From the NCBI RefSeq assembly GCF_018977255.1, contig NW_024704742.1, positions 37,450,001 to 37,514,000 of the forward strand: a DNA stretch of 64,000 nucleotides, written 5' to 3'. Position numbers and translations under genes: made by a program. Within the stretch, counting starts at the first letter, position 1; each line of letters opens with the position of its first letter. The notes beneath the pieces are model-generated. The model was given only the letters and a program-made list of their open reading frames with translations. It ran no database searches and had not been told where the DNA came from. This DNA comes from Callorhinchus milii (lineage: Eukaryota). Positions 12,654-24,479 of this stretch are shown here, piece after piece.

Positions 12654-13033
12654 AGTCCTGTAACTTAGTGGTTGGAGCACTGTTCTTGGAGCACAAGCGA
12701 GAGACCTGGGTTAGATTCCTGGCAGGGCGAAACATTGGGCAAGTTTCCTCACTCAACACACCTCTGCTAACCTAGCAGTAAGTAAGAACTTGGTTGTTAG
12801 TCGATTGGCGGATCACTTTTCTGGGGGTAATAATTTCCTTCAAAAAAATAACAATAAATTGGTCACTTCAATCCATAACTGTTTGTGGGACACTGCTGTG
12901 TGCAGTTTACTGCCTCGTTTCACCCACAAAAAAATGATACAGTCAATTCACTTTCCAGTACATTCTGTGAAGCAACTTGAGATGTCTGGAAGACGTGATA
13001 AGGCGCTATACAAATGCAAGGATTATTATTATT
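12654..13033 (+). mobile_element. tRNA-derived SINE (family S), near full length
   Basis: A/B-box-like head, ttgggcaagtttcc..cctctg..acctagcagtaagta body, L2-like tail, (tta)n. Confidence 0.8.
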
Positions 13034-13229
13034 AAATGCTGCTTAGGATTGCAACAGTATCATCATTTGGGTTAAAGTTCATGAAATAGCCTTTGCACCC
13101 TAAACATTTTAGTGTATGTGTCATATGCATTACCTGTGTGTAATATACATTACATTATGCATTCAACAGCAACTTGCATTTTTATAACACCCTTCATGCA
13201 AGGTATTGTCTTGGAGTGTTTAAAATCTG

Positions 13230-13390
13230 TATTATCTGTGTATAATATACAATTTATATACATATAGTATATATGTTTAATATATATATAACTTGTATAG
13301 TATACACAGATAATGCAAGTTTATATATATGTGTGTATATTATATATATTATCTATAAATCTGTGTGTAAAATACATTATATATTACTAT
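13230..13390. repeat. AT-rich low-complexity/degenerate (TA)n
   Basis: Visible tatata runs. Confidence 0.7.
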
Positions 13391-13713
13391 GTAGTATGTT
13401 TAACCCTTTTCAATTTTCAGCAACTATCCAAACACTGATAACATAAAATGTTCACCAGAACAAAGGCCTAAAAGGCAACATTTTTCCAATCTCACTTTGT
13501 GTTGTAGCCTCTTAGGTTGGAACATTGTGCTGTTCTTGGGATTCCCTTCAGCTTTGAAGATGCCAATCAGGGCAGGGTTGGGTGGCAGGGGGGAGATGAG
13601 GGGTGAAAATCTCACCATTGATCTCTCACTTATTTTGAATGTTTTGACAGGAAACAACCCATTCTTGGCCTCTTCCTCTGACTGGAATTGACTTATTTTG
13701 AATGTTTTGACAG

Positions 13714-13800
13714 GAAATGACCCATTCTTGGCCTCCTCCTCTGACTGCCATACACACGCCGAGTACAGCCGAACCCTCCAAATTCCCTTTCCCGACCAAG
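13714..13800 (+). CDS. AFF1: AFF1 exon [29 protein letters not shown] (ELL-binding region)
   Basis: ttttgacag acceptor, gtaaat donor; 87 nt; peptide matches the recalled AFF1 motif. Confidence 0.96.
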
Positions 13801-13992
13801 GTAAATAAGAGTTCTATACCCTAGATAATGCACAACTAACTAACCAGGACTGTGCAGTTATTTTGAAACCAGTTTCTATGTTTTACTTGGAGTGAGGGTG
13901 GGTGGTTCACCAATTAATTTAAACTATTTTTTCAAGAAATTCAAGCTCAATGACTTCAAACGTTAAAATTTATCTTCTTTTGTAACTTGCAG

Positions 13993-14029
13993 GATATCCA
14001 GCAGGTCCCTTCTGGCTTTGTCGGGCACA
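13993..14029 (+). CDS. AFF1: AFF1 small exon (DIQQVPSGFVGH)
   Basis: cttgcag acceptor, gtaagt donor; 37 nt, phase 0/1 fits both neighbours. Confidence 0.82.
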
Positions 14030-14865
14030 GTAAGTAACAGCTGAAATCTGACAATCTTCATTTATGTAGCCTACCATTGGTCTGACTGGATAGGGTGGGC
14101 GACCTGAGAGCAAAGGGAAGCCATCAACCTTTGTTTGACTAAGATGGGTGTACCGCCCACTGTAAAGCACTATAAAACGTTATCCTACTAAAGGGTTTTT
14201 TGACAGCCTGGAGGTGCTGTCATCACTGTGCTGCAAACCCACCTAGCTCAGGAACTCGACAACCAAGCCCCCCATAGAGGGTGAGCTCGAGTCTGACATT
14301 CTGTTGCCAAACATGTCACCTTGGAGCCAGTTCTCCCCACCCCCCCCCTCCACCCCCCAGGAGGATAGACATCTGACAAGTGCGGTTTTGAGCCCTCACT
14401 AGGTGGATGATAGGTACCTGGTGAGCAACATAGCTCAGCATGAAATGCGTGAGACGATTGCCACCAGCTTCCTGTCCGCAGCTCAGACACGCGTCCCTTC
14501 CCATTGAGCGATGGTTCCACCAGTTGGAGGTGCAGGGCTTAAACAGCAGTTGCTTACCTCTTTGCAAGCCAATCAGGGTGGATTCCTGGCACTGGATGTA
14601 TGAACACGTATTCACAAACTGAGAAACTCAGACTCCCAGTTAACACTTTCCAGCAGCTGCTCCCAAGCTATATAAATGCAAGTTGGTATTGAAATTAGAA
14701 TTGTTTGGGATTCTGATCAATCTACAGATAGTCTAATTGTCTAATAAGTTTGAAATAACACCTCTCTTTTACACTGAGCATTGTAAACATTGTGCTTGTT
14801 TATAATAAACAGTGAAGAAATTTTAACTATACTAATTTGTTCATTTTTAATTTATTCCTTTGCAG

Positions 14866-14914
14866 AGAAATGTGAGACTCTTCCTAAAACATCAAGTTCT
14901 CAAGCTGCAAACAC
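14866..14914 (+). CDS. AFF1: AFF1 small exon (K-KCETLPKTSSSQAAN)
   Basis: ttcctttgcag acceptor, gtgagt donor; 49 nt, phase 1/2 keeps the frame. Confidence 0.8.
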
Positions 14915-16059
14915 GTGAGTATTATTCTAAATAAAATTCCACCGCAGACATTATTTTTAACCATTGAAATTAGGTTCTGCTGCAATTACTTTTCTTCCAA
15001 TGAGGCCAAGTGAGGAATAGGAATATAGGAAAGCAGGAAGAGACCATTTAAACAACATCTTAATTGAGGGATCCAGAATTTCACCTGGGGTTGGAGTGGG
15101 GAGCTCTGACCTGCACCATTTAATTCAAAAGCGAAATGTTAAAACAGTGTTCTTAAAACAAATGGGAAATATGTTAAAACCCAAGAGTGAGATGTTAAAA
15201 TAAGAACTATTTCAAGTCTAAAAATATTAAAAAGTATATTAACATATTCACAAAGTATTTACTGAATATGTTCACAACAGGTTCAGAATAAGGAGAAATA
15301 TAGCGTACGTGGTGTTTTCTATAAGTTTAATAAATTTATTTACAACGTGATTAACATCTATATTCATACATATTTTGCCCATAAAATACAGTCATTATTA
15401 TTGTTATTATTTCACATACATTTGAATGCCTCACTCTCTGTAATGATGCCTGTGGCCCCATTTCTGGCATCATTAAAAGCAGCAGCAATTTGTGTTTTAA
15501 TGGAGTTAACGGGATTATCATTAGAATGAGAATGTGGGATGGGATGGTCCAATGGGAGTATGTACTCACTGCAGTCGGAAAGAGTTGTGTTTTCCAGGGA
15601 ATGATTTTCTTACAGCCTTAGATAGAACACCCCTGCTTGGGGGGAGGGGGAGTGGTGTCGCTCTTTCGGGCCCCACCTCCCTCCCCGATCTGCCCCTAAT
15701 CTTAATTCTGTGATGGGGAGGACAGTAGGGTAGGTGTTCTGGAAGATTGGATGGGCCAAAGGGCCTTCTTTTCTCCAAACCAATCTTGTATTGATCATTC
15801 ATCACATTCAAGCTGTTCTATCAATGTATTAGACTTTGGCAGATTTGTAATCCAAATACTTATAACCTAAGTATCTGCCCATCTTTCTTTAAAGATCCTT
15901 ATGCACTGTTATAAACTGCCTGGTTAGGTGACAAGCTTATCTAATACTTTGGCGACTAATCTTGAGCCATCGATGCCAATTATAAATACCTAAAATGCTG
16001 TCTCATCATTAACTAATTCAGCACAGAATTTGAACCTGCAACCATGTGCCTCTTTAACA

Positions 16060-16520
16060 TAGTAGTAATAATAATAATCATCCTTGCATTTTATATAGTG
16101 CCTTATCACATAATCATGAGTGTCAAAGCGCTTAACAGGATATACTGTAAATTTCTGGTATGACTGTATATTTTCACAGGAAACGGGGCAGCCAAGTTGC
16201 GCATAGCAATGTCCTATAAACAGCCATGGAGTGAATGACCAACTTTTTATTTGGGGGAATTGTTGGCCAGGACACTGGGATAAATTCCCTTCTCTTTTTG
16301 ACGATTGCCATGGGATCTTTAACATCCACGTAGACAGGCCAACAGGACTTTAGTTTAACATTTCATCAGAAGGACAGCACTTCAGACATTGTAGCAGACC
16401 CACAACACTGCATTAGAGTGCCAACTTAGACTATATGGGTTCCAGGTCCTGACATGGAACTTGAACCCACAACCTTCTAACCCAGAGGCAAGATGCTACC
16501 AATTGAGCCAGGCTGACACA
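16060..16520 (-). mobile_element. Deu-domain-like SINE, near full length
   Basis: Reverse head ctaccaattgagccaggctgacac; tgccatgggatctttaacatccac core. Confidence 0.75.
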
Positions 16521-16781
16521 ATCTACTACTATAATAACACAGTAAATTTATGACTAGGCCACCAGGGGAATATGGGATATTGGGATTCTTTGCATCATTT
16601 CATGTCAAGACGACATCTCAAATGTCTTTGCATGATTTACTGTAAAGTGTAATAACTATTTTGTAGTTGAACGCAGCAGCCAATTTGCGCACAGCAGTGT
16701 CCCAAACAGTCATAAAAGTGAATGATAATTGTGTATCTGGAATAGTNAAAAAAAAGGATGTTAGAATCGTCCATCCTCTGC

Positions 16782-17218
16782 AATGGTTTCAGGAATCCAA
16801 AGTATTCCAGGACAGTAAAGGTGACAGTCCAGCCAGTCTGGCTCAACAACAGGACTTGGAAGAGCAAACACACAGTCACTGGGTGAAGTGAGTTTTCCCA
16901 GTTAAGTCCTGCTAAACCTGAAAACTAAAGCATAATTAGTAAGGTGGACATGACTGGACAAGCAATGCTTGACAGCCAGTGCTTTCTATGGCAAACTATG
17001 TGGTGTTAGCTGATTAAACTCCAGCAGTAACCCATCGCACACTCTGGGGTCCCCAAGCCTTGGTTCTTGCCAACCTGCACTTAATACTCTCCGGAAATTA
17101 GTAAGCAGGATACGTCCTCCAGTGAGAGAGTGCACATTCCATTCCATAGACAGGCAAATTTCCACGTATTCCAGAATCCTGACTGTATTCAGGAATTTGT
17201 GTCGAGAAAATTGACCAA
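16782..17218 (+). repeat. Family U repeat, opposite orientation, longest copy
   Basis: Reverse-complement similarity to 8121-8500 and 33470-33660. Confidence 0.6.
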
Positions 17219-19112
17219 CTTGAATAAGCCTAATGGTTAACACACTGTAGAGATTGGTTTATGTTGCAAGTTGTGGTGGCAAAGGTCAGAAACATTGTTC
17301 ATGTACAGGAAGTGACACTGCAGGGATATTTATTGCTGGGCAGCTGCAATGTAAATAAGGTGATAACGCTCCCCCAGAGGTACTCCATATCACGCTCAAA
17401 GGGGTGTTTCCTGTTTGCTTCAAGAGGAAGCAAAGTAAACACCACCTTCAGCCAATATAATCTGGCCTGGGGAAGTCGAGGGGTATGCTTCTCGTTCCAC
17501 AACACACAAAGCCAGTAGCCAAAAACTGAATGCACAGTTTGTGACTTTGGCAATGGTTGTTTACACACCCACAGTTGTGGTGTTATTACCAGTTCTTGCT
17601 GTGGGTTCTGGAAAGCAGTGTAAACAGGGTGAATCCACAGCACTATCCAATACCATGGAGCAGCTCCTGTTTGAAACATGAATGTGACATATGTACATGT
17701 AAATCACTGCAGTAAATTTCAAACTAAACGGATTTATCAAACCTAGACTGGTACTGAATTAAAATGATCAGTTTGCCTTCTCCCCTTAGGGCTTGTGCTG
17801 TCAGCAACAGCATTTCAATGTAGGTGATGTGGTGTTGTTATTTTAAGAACTATTGAGACATGTGTTGAGCTGGGTCTTTACCCCTCCACTGGATCTCCCT
17901 TCCCACCTGTGGCAGGTACGATGCCTGCAAAGTTGCTCCCAGCATTGGATTGGGTTAACTGTTCAGCATCATGCATTGTTGCTGTATTTTGTCCTGTTTG
18001 CAATGCTGGGGGCCCCTGAGACCTGAGCCGTTGCCCCTCACCACACACTGTGAACCTGCACAAAGCCTCCTCAGAGACCTGGGAAGCTCCACAGCCAGAA
18101 ACAAGTTCATGGCTCGGAGCAGCTGCAGGTTCAAACCCACGCCTGCGCAGTTGTTTGTGTTTCCTGGGCTTTGGATTACATCCTGTGGTATAAGCGTGTC
18201 CGGATCCTGGCACCAGCAACCTCGGCTCTGAATTATCCTACAAGCTAAATGCAGCGATCATGGACCACGTAGAGTCAACCATCTGGCTGGGCGAAACAAA
18301 GTGGCTTGTGATGGTGTATTCCCTCAAGATCACCTGATCCTCCTCACCTATGTTCCTTTGTTAGTCAGTCAGTGCAGGTGTTTTGTGGTTTGCCAGCAAT
18401 AAGGGCATTAAAAGGATGAGCGATGATTTCTCCCCCCTTTTCCCCAGCACTTTATCAATACAGGTAATCAATTAGGCTGGTTTCACAATCGCTAACTTTA
18501 CAATTGCCAATTTTTCCCTCCATTTATCATAGAAGATCGTTGCATAATTAATGAATCTTGTTTTGTCAAAATCTTTCATTAGGGAATGGTGTTAGCTGTT
18601 TTTTAGGAGAAGCTGGGAAATGATTAGAGTCGTGTCTGTGACATTGGTAATTGCACTACAAGGAGGTCTATTTTTGTCCATGTATGTTGTTAGCTCACAG
18701 CTGGTTTGGCTGGTTTTGTATAGTTTTTAAATCCTCTTACTATCTTTATTACAAAGCTCTGAAATTGTAATCCTGAAATGTGACATTATTTAATGTATAC
18801 TGCAGAGAATTAGAAAAGGAGCTCCTTTGCTTGTCTTCTATATGTAAAGTGCTTTCAATATACAATAGTTACAGGTTACTGTATTTTGTGTTCATGAGAA
18901 ATAGTGAACTCTTTGGCTCGCTTTGATTTTTCCATTAAGTTGTTGGGACCCACACTGATAGGAAGAGTCGTACACCCAGCTTCAGGCTTGCCCTAAAAAT
19001 TGGTCAACTTTCAGGTCGTCAGGTCACCACTGACCTCACTTCCTGTAAGTTGTGTGCATCGCGAACAGCAGTTCCTGCCCAGGAAGTGGCTTGAGCAACC
19101 ACCTGATGACCT

Positions 19113-19296
19113 GAACAACAACAACTTGGATTTATATAGCGCCCTCCACGCCGGACAGCGTCTCAGAGCGCTTTACAGTAATGGATCCCGGGGCCGTGCC
19201 AGGGGGAGGAAGGTGACCAAAGGCACAGTCAAAAAGAAAGGTCTTCAGCAGAGACCTGAAAATGGGAAGGGAGGGAGCGAGACGAAGGGAGTGAGG
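19113..19296 (-). mobile_element. L2 LINE 3' end with possible gaacaaca target-site duplication
   Basis: (caa)n tail, atttatatagcgcc; gaacaaca on both flanks. Confidence 0.7.
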
Positions 19297-19483
19297 AACA
19301 ACATGGAAGTAGGGCTTATTTTGTGCGCGTGCCTCACAGATATTGGACCCAGCCTATGAGCTTTTTCTGTACCTTCATTTTTTTAGTTGTACACATCATT
19401 TTAAGAAAACAATTTGACAATCTTTTGACCAAAGTTGTTCAATGGCCGACTTGATACTTATTGTATATATCTTTAATATTCAG

Positions 19484-19538
19484 GACACTTGAGGATGACC
19501 TGCAGCTCAGCAGTAGTGACGACAGTGATGGAGACCAG
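19484..19538 (+). CDS. AFF1: AFF1 exon (TLEDDLQLSSSDDSDGDQ)
   Basis: attcag acceptor, gtaggc donor; 55 nt; conserved AFF LEDDLQLS motif. Confidence 0.93.
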
Positions 19539-19686
19539 GTAGGCCTTTTATCTCTACAGAATATAGATCTATGGAGCTTTTTAGCTAGAATAAATATGGT
19601 GGGTGAGCTGCTTTAAGAAGTATGCACAATATAATGACTGAGTGATCTGATCCTTTTTCTCTTCTCCCTACTCTCTGCTTAAATAG

Positions 19687-19724
19687 GTCCTGGAAAAAAC
19701 AGAACCCATGTCTGATTCTAAGAG
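19687..19724 (+). CDS. AFF1: AFF1 small exon (VLEKTEPMSDSK)
   Basis: pyrimidine tract plus aaatag acceptor, gtaatt donor; 38 nt, phase 0/2 required to join the next exon. Confidence 0.8.
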
Positions 19725-21364
19725 GTAATTAATTTCCTGCTCATAAATATCTGTGCCTCATAATTTGGAATTATTTGTGTGTGGATGATTTTTCTAATGT
19801 AACAGCCTCTAGGACAGTGAGGGGAAGACACAGCTTTTGTGGGGTGCCTGCTAATTGGTGTTGATATTCATCTCCATCAGAATATGTCTGAAACCAATGT
19901 TTAAATTGGAGGGTTTTGTCCCATTGTAGCATCATTATTCTGCATTGCATTTCCTAATAGAAAGATCCATTAAATACAAGTATCTGAATTAGTGCCCTTT
20001 AGACTTGTAACCTGTAGAGTGTTTAAGACATTGGTACATTGTTTAAACCATCTGGGGCAGGCAGTAAATCAATAGGAGAGGTCACCACATTGTTTACCTC
20101 AACTTCTCTCCTGTAGGCATTTTTTACTCCTTTCTACTAGACTGCTGGAAGCCTCGCCCATACAGCTATTATTCCTGTGACATCAAGCTGATCCTTGTCT
20201 TCAACAAACAAGAAGGCATGCTCCCCTCCAATCCCTGGGTAGCAAATAGCTGGATTTTCTAACTCCATAACCTGAGCCAGTGAGGCAATTTGTAGCTTTC
20301 CGTGGGGTTGCCCATGATTAAAAGTGGAGTCAATACTCTTCACCGATTGAAACTGGGATTTTTCTCGATCTGTATGGCTCGGCTTCACGTTCAAGAAAAT
20401 TGTTGAGCCATGGGATGAGATGGTCTATAGTTGATCAATAGTTTTATCTTCTATTTGTTGAAGACCAACAAAAAAGTGTTGGGCAGAATTTGTTTCCCCT
20501 AAATAATAATAATAGACCTTGCATTTGATATAGTGCCTTATCATGTCTTTGAGACGTTTCAAAGCGCTTCACAGAATATACTGTAAAGTGAATAGACTGT
20601 ATATTTTGTGGGTGAAACATAAGTACCAAGCAAAACTGCAACATTTCACTAAAATAAGTCACTAGTATTTTGTGTGATCCCATAGATCGGCAGTGTAAAG
20701 CTGACACTGTGATGCTGTGAAAGCCTTAAACTCAGTAAATGTTCTTGCAACAGAAACGAGCATTTGTCCGGTCAAGTCTGTTCTAGTGTTTTCTCGCATG
20801 AGCCAGCTGTTCTAATCCCACTCTCCTGCCCTTTAATATTTCTCTTCTATAAGCACCCATCTAACCCCTCTTTACAATAATTGATGGACATGGCCTCAAC
20901 AGTATTCTGTTTGTTTATTGCTGCAAATTCCACATTCCAACCATGCCCATATTTTGTGACCTCTTCTTCCAAGCAGTTGTCACACACAGATGCAACATTT
21001 TTTGACCTGGATGAGATGTGCGAGATGTCACAGTTCACATAGTGTTAAAGTAGTGTTGAACTTGGCAAATGGAAAGCGAATGGCCTGGCTTTGTTCTCTC
21101 CTCTCTAATAGGAAAGTGTAAGATCTCGGTGGTGCATCTGGTAGTTCCAAATCTTAAAAAGGACTATATAAATAAAATAATTTAAATAATCTTATACCAT
21201 TTTATCTCTTATACTCCTTCCTTGAATTCTTCACCAAATAGCTGTCTCGCTTAAATTTGCTGTCACCAAATAGCTCTCCCCCTTGAATCTGCCTTCACTG
21301 ATAATCCCTAAATAATCAATTTCATTTATTCATTAACCTCTGCGTAAAATTCAACCCTTTTCTC

Positions 21365-21724
21365 GCTCTCTGCTTCATGGGCATTAGCCTGCTCCATGTA
21401 CCATGCCCTGCTCACTCCACCATTGGATGTTGGGTCTTCAACCTTTGTGTCCATACCCTCTGGAACTCCCATCATAGAGCCCCTCTGCCACACCCTCTCG
21501 CTTGCCTCCTTCAAGGCCTATCTCAAGACCTTCCTCTTTGACCATGTTTTTGGTCATCCTCCCTTGCCCTTCACGTATCTTGACTCCAGCCCCCACCTCA
21601 GGTGCAAAGCCTTCACTGGGCTTTGCACCTGAGGTGGGGGCTGGAAAGACACTGTTCAGCACCTTGGGATGTCCCCCCGATTTGAAAGACACTATATAAA
21701 TGCAATGCAATTTTTGTTGTTGTT
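21365..21724 (+). mobile_element. L2 LINE 3' fragment containing a fold-back hairpin
   Basis: SLASFKAYLKTFLF ORF2 end; gcaccttgggatgtcc..tgaaagacactatataaatg tail; (gtt)n. Confidence 0.8.
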
Positions 21725-21779
21725 CCCTTCTGAGCTTGAGCTCATGTTCCCTTGTTCTAAAAAAAATCTTTTAATGTTG

Positions 21780-22147
21780 TGTTACTGAAACATACATTCA
21801 AAGAAGGTCCCAGCCTTGACCCTTGGTCTCTGCTGAGTTGGCTGGTCTCACCCAGGCAGTAGGATGGCTTTGCAATGGACTTCAGTGTCTCCAGGTTAAG
21901 GAGGAGGAGAAATCAGCCTCATATCTATCTAGTGATCATTAATTTGAAAAGTGTCCATTGTTCAGTGTTAGATTAGAGCCGGATCAGGCTGGGTTGTGAA
22001 TTCACTTCTTTCTACACATACAACCACCCACACAACTGCAGTGCCTACATTTTAGACTTGCAGACATGGTGAGGTGTGTGTATATAGATCTGCTATCATC
22101 TGTGGGACCCTATTGTCCTCGCTCACTGCCTTCAGGAGCAAAGAGAA
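21780..22147 (+). mobile_element. LF-SINE-like element, near full length
   Basis: gaaggtcccag..tgctgagttggctggtctca..aaatcagcc..gccttcaggag matches the recalled LF-SINE consensus. Confidence 0.7.
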
Positions 22148-22755
22148 GCAAAAGCCAGCTGGTGCAGAATAATAATAATAATAATAATCCTTGCATTTGA
22201 TATAGCGCTTTTCACGTCGGGAGGACGTCATGACATGGATGCTGAAGAAAAAATGGCATTTTGTTTGCTATTTTTTTCTTTCCCTTTCCTGCATTGCTCT
22301 TCTGGTTGTACTCATTCTTGCTGGTTATTTTTCCACAGTCACTGACAATCTTCCAGTGCTTTGTCAAGTCATCAACCATCATTTAGCATATGCAAGTCTA
22401 CACACTGGATAACCTATCAGGCAGGATTTTCAACTGGGCATTCCTGTTAACCCTAACTTCCACACGCTTATTTTCCATTAGGAAGAGTCACTGGAATATG
22501 CCCACAAAATATACAGTCAATTCACTTTACCGTATATTCTGCAAAGCGCATTGAGACGTCCCCACGCACACACACACACCTTTGCCCATCCCCATTTGCA
22601 AGACTACTTTTAACACCTATCTCTGTGTAGACCAGGTTTTGACCCTGCAGTGTTCTGGTCTGCAGGGCTCCAGACCATCCTTTTACCTATTGAGCCATAG
22701 GGGGGAGCCCGAGGCTACATCTTCTAACCGCTGATTTTTTTTTTGTGTGTCGCAG

Positions 22756-22918
22756 TGCTTCCTCTCTCTCCCAGAATAACTGCGTGCTGTCGAAACATTC
22801 CAGCGTAGGCTTAAACAACTTGAGTGAATCAGATAGTTCTTCGGGCTCAGATTCCGAGAGTGAAAGCAGCTCCAGTGAAGGTGAAGGGAACGAAACGTCA
22901 CGGACCACTTCCCCTGAG
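22756..22918 (+). CDS. AFF1: AFF1 Ser-rich exon (SESDSSSGSDSESESSSSEGEGNE...SPE)
   Basis: T-tract plus cgcag acceptor, gtaagg donor; 163 nt; AFF-type serine-rich tract, inside ORF 22745..22948. Confidence 0.92.
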
Positions 22919-24050
22919 GTAAGGGGTGCACTGCAAAAGAGCGCTTGACCTCTGAGTGTGCAATAGTGTCTATCTGTAAACAATCACCCTGAGACATTAA
23001 ACACTGCAAAAACTTTTTTTAACAACTTTGTGCACTTCTGCAGTTATAATATCAGATATTAAGAATCCAAGTGTTCCTACTTCCCTTTTGTTCGCTATGG
23101 GCAGATAGATTCAGGCAAGAAAAGGTAGCACCTTCATCTACAGAATGTGTGGTTTCATTTGACATTGAGTTTTGAGAATCTTACCTTCTGAGGTTGGGGG
23201 AAAGGCAGGTGAGGGTCATGTTCAAAAAAACTTTCTAATTTGAAATTGCGCAATACTTTAAAATCCAGCTGAAAGATGAACTTTAAAGAATTACATCTAA
23301 ATTGAGTGATTTCAAAACGTACCCTATATTTTTAACATAATGTAGATTAATTTTCACATGTGTAATAATAAAAAAAACAATTTTAGAATTGATTTCATCA
23401 AGAAATCATTAGGAGTTTTGCCACCACAGCTTCACTTTCAGCACTACTTTGTTTCCAGTTGGTGAAATGAATCCTAAAGTGCATCTGATGCCCTCAACCA
23501 TTTAAAACGCAAGTTATTTATAGAGGCAAACTATAAATAAATGGATGCCTGCTCCTATAGATAAGGCATTAATCCTCAAATTTCTTTCCCTTTGTTTATC
23601 TTGCTTTTTCTCGTTTTTTGTGTATGGGTATGCAATTTTGTTGAACACCTTTCCTTCTATTCCATTTTCTTCAGAGGTGATTCCCGACTGTTGATTTCAA
23701 ATTTGCAGATCTTGCCCATTTTGAGCTTAAATGAAACTTAAAATGAGATGTGGTTTCCCTCTCTCTCTCAATCTCTCTCTCTCTCTCGCCCTCTTTCTAT
23801 TGAAATCTAAAATCTACTGAAGATAGGCAAATGCCTCTTGGTTCTGTTTCACTATGACCAGTAGATAACGCACAGCAGATAATGCAACAAAACTTCCTGA
23901 TAAACTGGGCAGAACACACTGCAAGTGCATGATATTTATTGTGAAATAGACACTGCGAGAAGTACTTCCTTGAGCTTCATTTGAATTGAGGGTTGCTGTG
24001 AAAATTGATCATCTCCATAGAGATGGAATAGTGAATTATATAAATATCGT

Positions 24051-24370
24051 GGAGTCCTGTAGCATATTGGTTAGAGCATTCGCGTCGCAAGCGAGAGGAC
24101 CTGGGTTTGACTCCCCGGCAGGGTGAAAATTTGAGCAAGTTTCCTTACTCCACATGCCTCTGTTTACCTAACAGTAAGTAGGAACCGGTGTTAGTCGATT
24201 GGCAGATCATTTTTCTGGGGGTAATATTCCATGACTATTGTGCAAAATTGGCTACTGGGTTTCACCAAAAGGATATACAGTAAATTCACTTTATAGTATA
24301 TTCTGTGAAGTGCTTTGAGACGTTTCGAAGACATGGTAAGACGCTATATCAAATGCAAGGATTATTATTA
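24051..24370 (+). mobile_element. tRNA-derived SINE (family S)
   Basis: ggagtcctgtagc..tggttagagcattcgcg..gggtttgactcccc head; shared body and tail. Confidence 0.8.
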
Positions 24371-24479
24371 TATATTATAATTTTAAAATGATACTAGAAA
24401 ATTTAAGACGTTGAAGGTTTCAGTCTGTATGGATATTATGCATCAAATGTCATAGCTGCTTTTGCTTCATTTCTTGCAG

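Noticed and set aside
16747..16747. Single N base
   Set aside because: Assembly ambiguity or collapsed gap next to an A-run, not a biological feature; local adjacency is uncertain.
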